A stretch of 64,000 nucleotides of DNA from Chiloscyllium plagiosum (lineage: Eukaryota): NCBI RefSeq assembly GCF_004010195.1, contig NC_057718.1:37070337-37134336 (forward strand), in the 5' to 3' direction. Position 1 is the stretch's first letter. Each line of letters begins with the position of its first letter. The notes beneath the pieces are model-generated. The model was not told the origin of the DNA, did not search any database, and worked only from the letters and a program-made list of their open reading frames with translations. Below, in pieces: positions 61,798-64,000 of the stretch. The position numbers and the translations under genes were made by a program.

Positions 61798-64000
61798 ATA
61801 GACAATAGATAATAGACAATAGGTACAGGAGTAGGCCATTCTGCCCTTCGAGCCAGCACCACCATTCATTATGATCATGGCTGATCATCCTCAATTAGTA
61901 TCCTGTTCCTGCCTTATCCCCGTAATCCTTGATTCCACTATCCTTAAGAGCGCTATCCAACTCTTTCTTGAAAGTATCCAGAGACTTGGCCTCCACAGTC
62001 TTCTGGGGCAGAGCATTCCACACACCCACCATTCTCTGGGTGAAGACGTTTTTCCTCAACTCTGTTCTAAGTGGCCTACCCCTTATTTTTAAACTGTGTC
62101 CTCTGGTTTGCGACTCACCCATCAGCGGAAAAATGCTTCCTACCTCGAGAGTGTCCAATCCTTTAATAATCTTAGTTAAAAATCACACAACACCAGGTTA
62201 TAGTCCAACAGGTTTAATTGGAAGCACACTAGCTTTCGGAGCGACGCTCCTTCATCAGGTGATAGTGATAGGAAGGAGCATCGCTCCGAAAGCTAGTGTG
62301 CTTCCAATTAAACCTGTTGGACTATAACCTGGTGTTGTGTGAATTTTAACTTTGTACACCCCAGTCCAACACCGGCATCTCCAAATCATGTTTAATAATC
62401 TTATACATCTCAATCAGATCCCCTCTCAGCCTTCTAAACTCAAGCGTATACAAGCCCAGTCGCTCCAATCTTTCAGCGTAAGATAGTCCCCCCATTCCGG
62501 GAATTGACCTCGTAAACCTACGCTGCACTCCCTCAATAGCCAGAATGTCTTTCCTCAAATTTGGAGACCAAAACTGTGAACAATATTCCAGGTGTGGTCT
62601 CACCAGGGCCCTGTACAGCCGCAGAAGGACCTCTTTGCTTCTATACTCAAATCCTCTTGTTATGAAGGCTAGCATGCTATTAGTTTTCTTCACTGCCTGC
62701 TGCACCTGCATGCTTGCTTTCATTGACTGATGTACAAGAACATCTAGATCTCGTTGTACTGCCCCTTTACCTAACTTGACTCCATTTAGGTAGTAATCTG
62801 CCTTCCTGTTCTTGCCACCAAAGTGGATGATCACAGATTTATCCACATTAAACTGCATCTGCCATGCATCCGTCCACTCACCTAGCCTATCCAGGTCACC
62901 CTGTATTTTCCTAACATCCTCCTCACACTTCACCCTGCCACCCAGCTTTGTGTCATCAGCAAATTTGCTAATATTACTTTTAATACCTTCATTTATATCA
63001 TTAATATACATTGTAAAAAGCTGCGGTACTAGCACTGATCTCTGAGGCACACCACTGGTCACCGCCTGCCATTCCGAAAAGGAGATGTTTATCACTACTC
63101 TTTGTTTCCTGTCAGCCAACCAATTTTCAATCCATGTCAGTATTTTGCCCCGAATACCATGTGCCCTAATTTTGCTCACTAACCACCTATGTGGGACTTT
63201 ATCAAAGGCTGTCTGAAAGTCCAGGTATACTACATCCACTGGATCCCCCTTGTCAATCTTAAGAGTTACATCCTCAAAAAATTTCAGAAGATTAGTCAAG
63301 CATGATTTCCCTTTCATAAATCCATGCTGACTCTGACCTATCCTGTTACTGCTCTCCAGATGTGTCATAATTTTGTCCTTTAATTGACTCCAGCATTTTT
63401 CCTACCACTGAGGTCAGACTAACTGGTCAGACTGAATATCTATAATTCTCTGTTTTCTCTCTCCCTCCTTTCTTAAAAAGTGGGACAACATTAGCCACCC
63501 TCCAATCCACAGGAACTGATCCTGAATCTATAGAACATTGGAAAATGATCACCAATGCATCCATGATTTCTAGAGCCACCTCCTTCAGTACCCTGGAATG
63601 CAGACCATCAGATCCCGGGGACTTATCAGCCTTCAGACCTAACAGTCTCTCCAAGACCATTTCCTGCCTAATATAAATTCCCTTCAGTTCAGGTCCTTCA
63701 GCCACTATTACATCTGGGAGATTGCTCGTGTCTCCCCCAGTGAAGACAGATCTAAAGTACCAATTCAAGTCTCCTGCCATTTCTTTGTTCCCCGTAATAA
63801 ATTTACCCGTTTCTGTCTTCAAGGGCCCAATTTTAGTTTTAACCATTTTTTTTCTTTTCAATACCTAAAAAAGCCTTTACTATCCTCCTTTATATTTTTG
63901 GCCAGTTTACCTTCGTACCTTGTTTTTTCTTTGCGTATTTCCTTTTTAGTGATCCTCTGTTGTTCTTTAAAAGCTTCCCAGTCCTCCGATTTCCCACTCA
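61797..64000 (-). mobile_element. CR1 LINE family B (RT and intact 3' end); runs off the window end
   Basis: ORFs 63427-63861, 62346-63368 (YLDFQTAFDKVPH, SKFADDTK) and 61895-62158, with a tail seen as (aatagac)n on the + strand. Highly similar to 44407-45752. Confidence 0.97.
62175..62390 (+). mobile_element. Palindromic PLE-derived insertion with a hammerhead core, nested in the CR1
   Basis: 13-bp TSD tttaataatctta at 62162-62174 and 62391-62403. Arms are nearly perfect. The - strand has an intact core cac-CUGAUGA-a-ggagc(guc)gcucc-GAAA-g-CUA-gug at 62227-62261. Confidence 0.92.

Noticed and set aside
1..64000. CRISPR arrays, operons or other prokaryotic systems
   Set aside because: The sequence is eukaryotic and repeat-rich. 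The palindromic repeats are dispersed insertions with TSDs, not regularly spaced repeat-spacer units.

Overview
This is vertebrate, repeat-dense, intergenic or intronic DNA. The HE1/V-SINE, Deu-SINE and CR1 inventory points to a cartilaginous fish (shark); this is inference from repeat families, not a database result. I cannot identify any host protein-coding gene, and almost every ORF in the track is a transposon fragment or a chance antisense frame. The window holds: (i) a decayed Copia (GalEa-like) LTR retrotransposon at about 1.4-7.5 kb with many nested insertions; (ii) about 12 CR1 LINE segments from at least two families, one keeping ORF1 esterase, endonuclease and RT; (iii) seven HE1/V-SINE copies and other tRNA-SINE fragments; (iv) two Penelope-like elements (RT plus GIY-YIG) with 12-bp TSDs, plus many short PLE-derived units from four families that carry minimal hammerhead-ribozyme cores and inverted arms; (v) a Harbinger transposase fossil; (vi) a TSD-bounded FLYWCH/Mutator (Phantom-like) element whose internal deletions stay in frame; (vii) an L1/Tx1 3' fragment and two solo LTRs. 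The strongest leads are the ~160-300 bp palindromic hammerhead-bearing insertions (three with clean 11-13 bp TSDs), the in-frame-deleted Mutator element, a locally templated inverted insertion inside a CR1, and two pairs of diverged duplicated blocks at 49-62 kb. All family assignments come from motif recognition by eye. Boundaries without a TSD are approximate.
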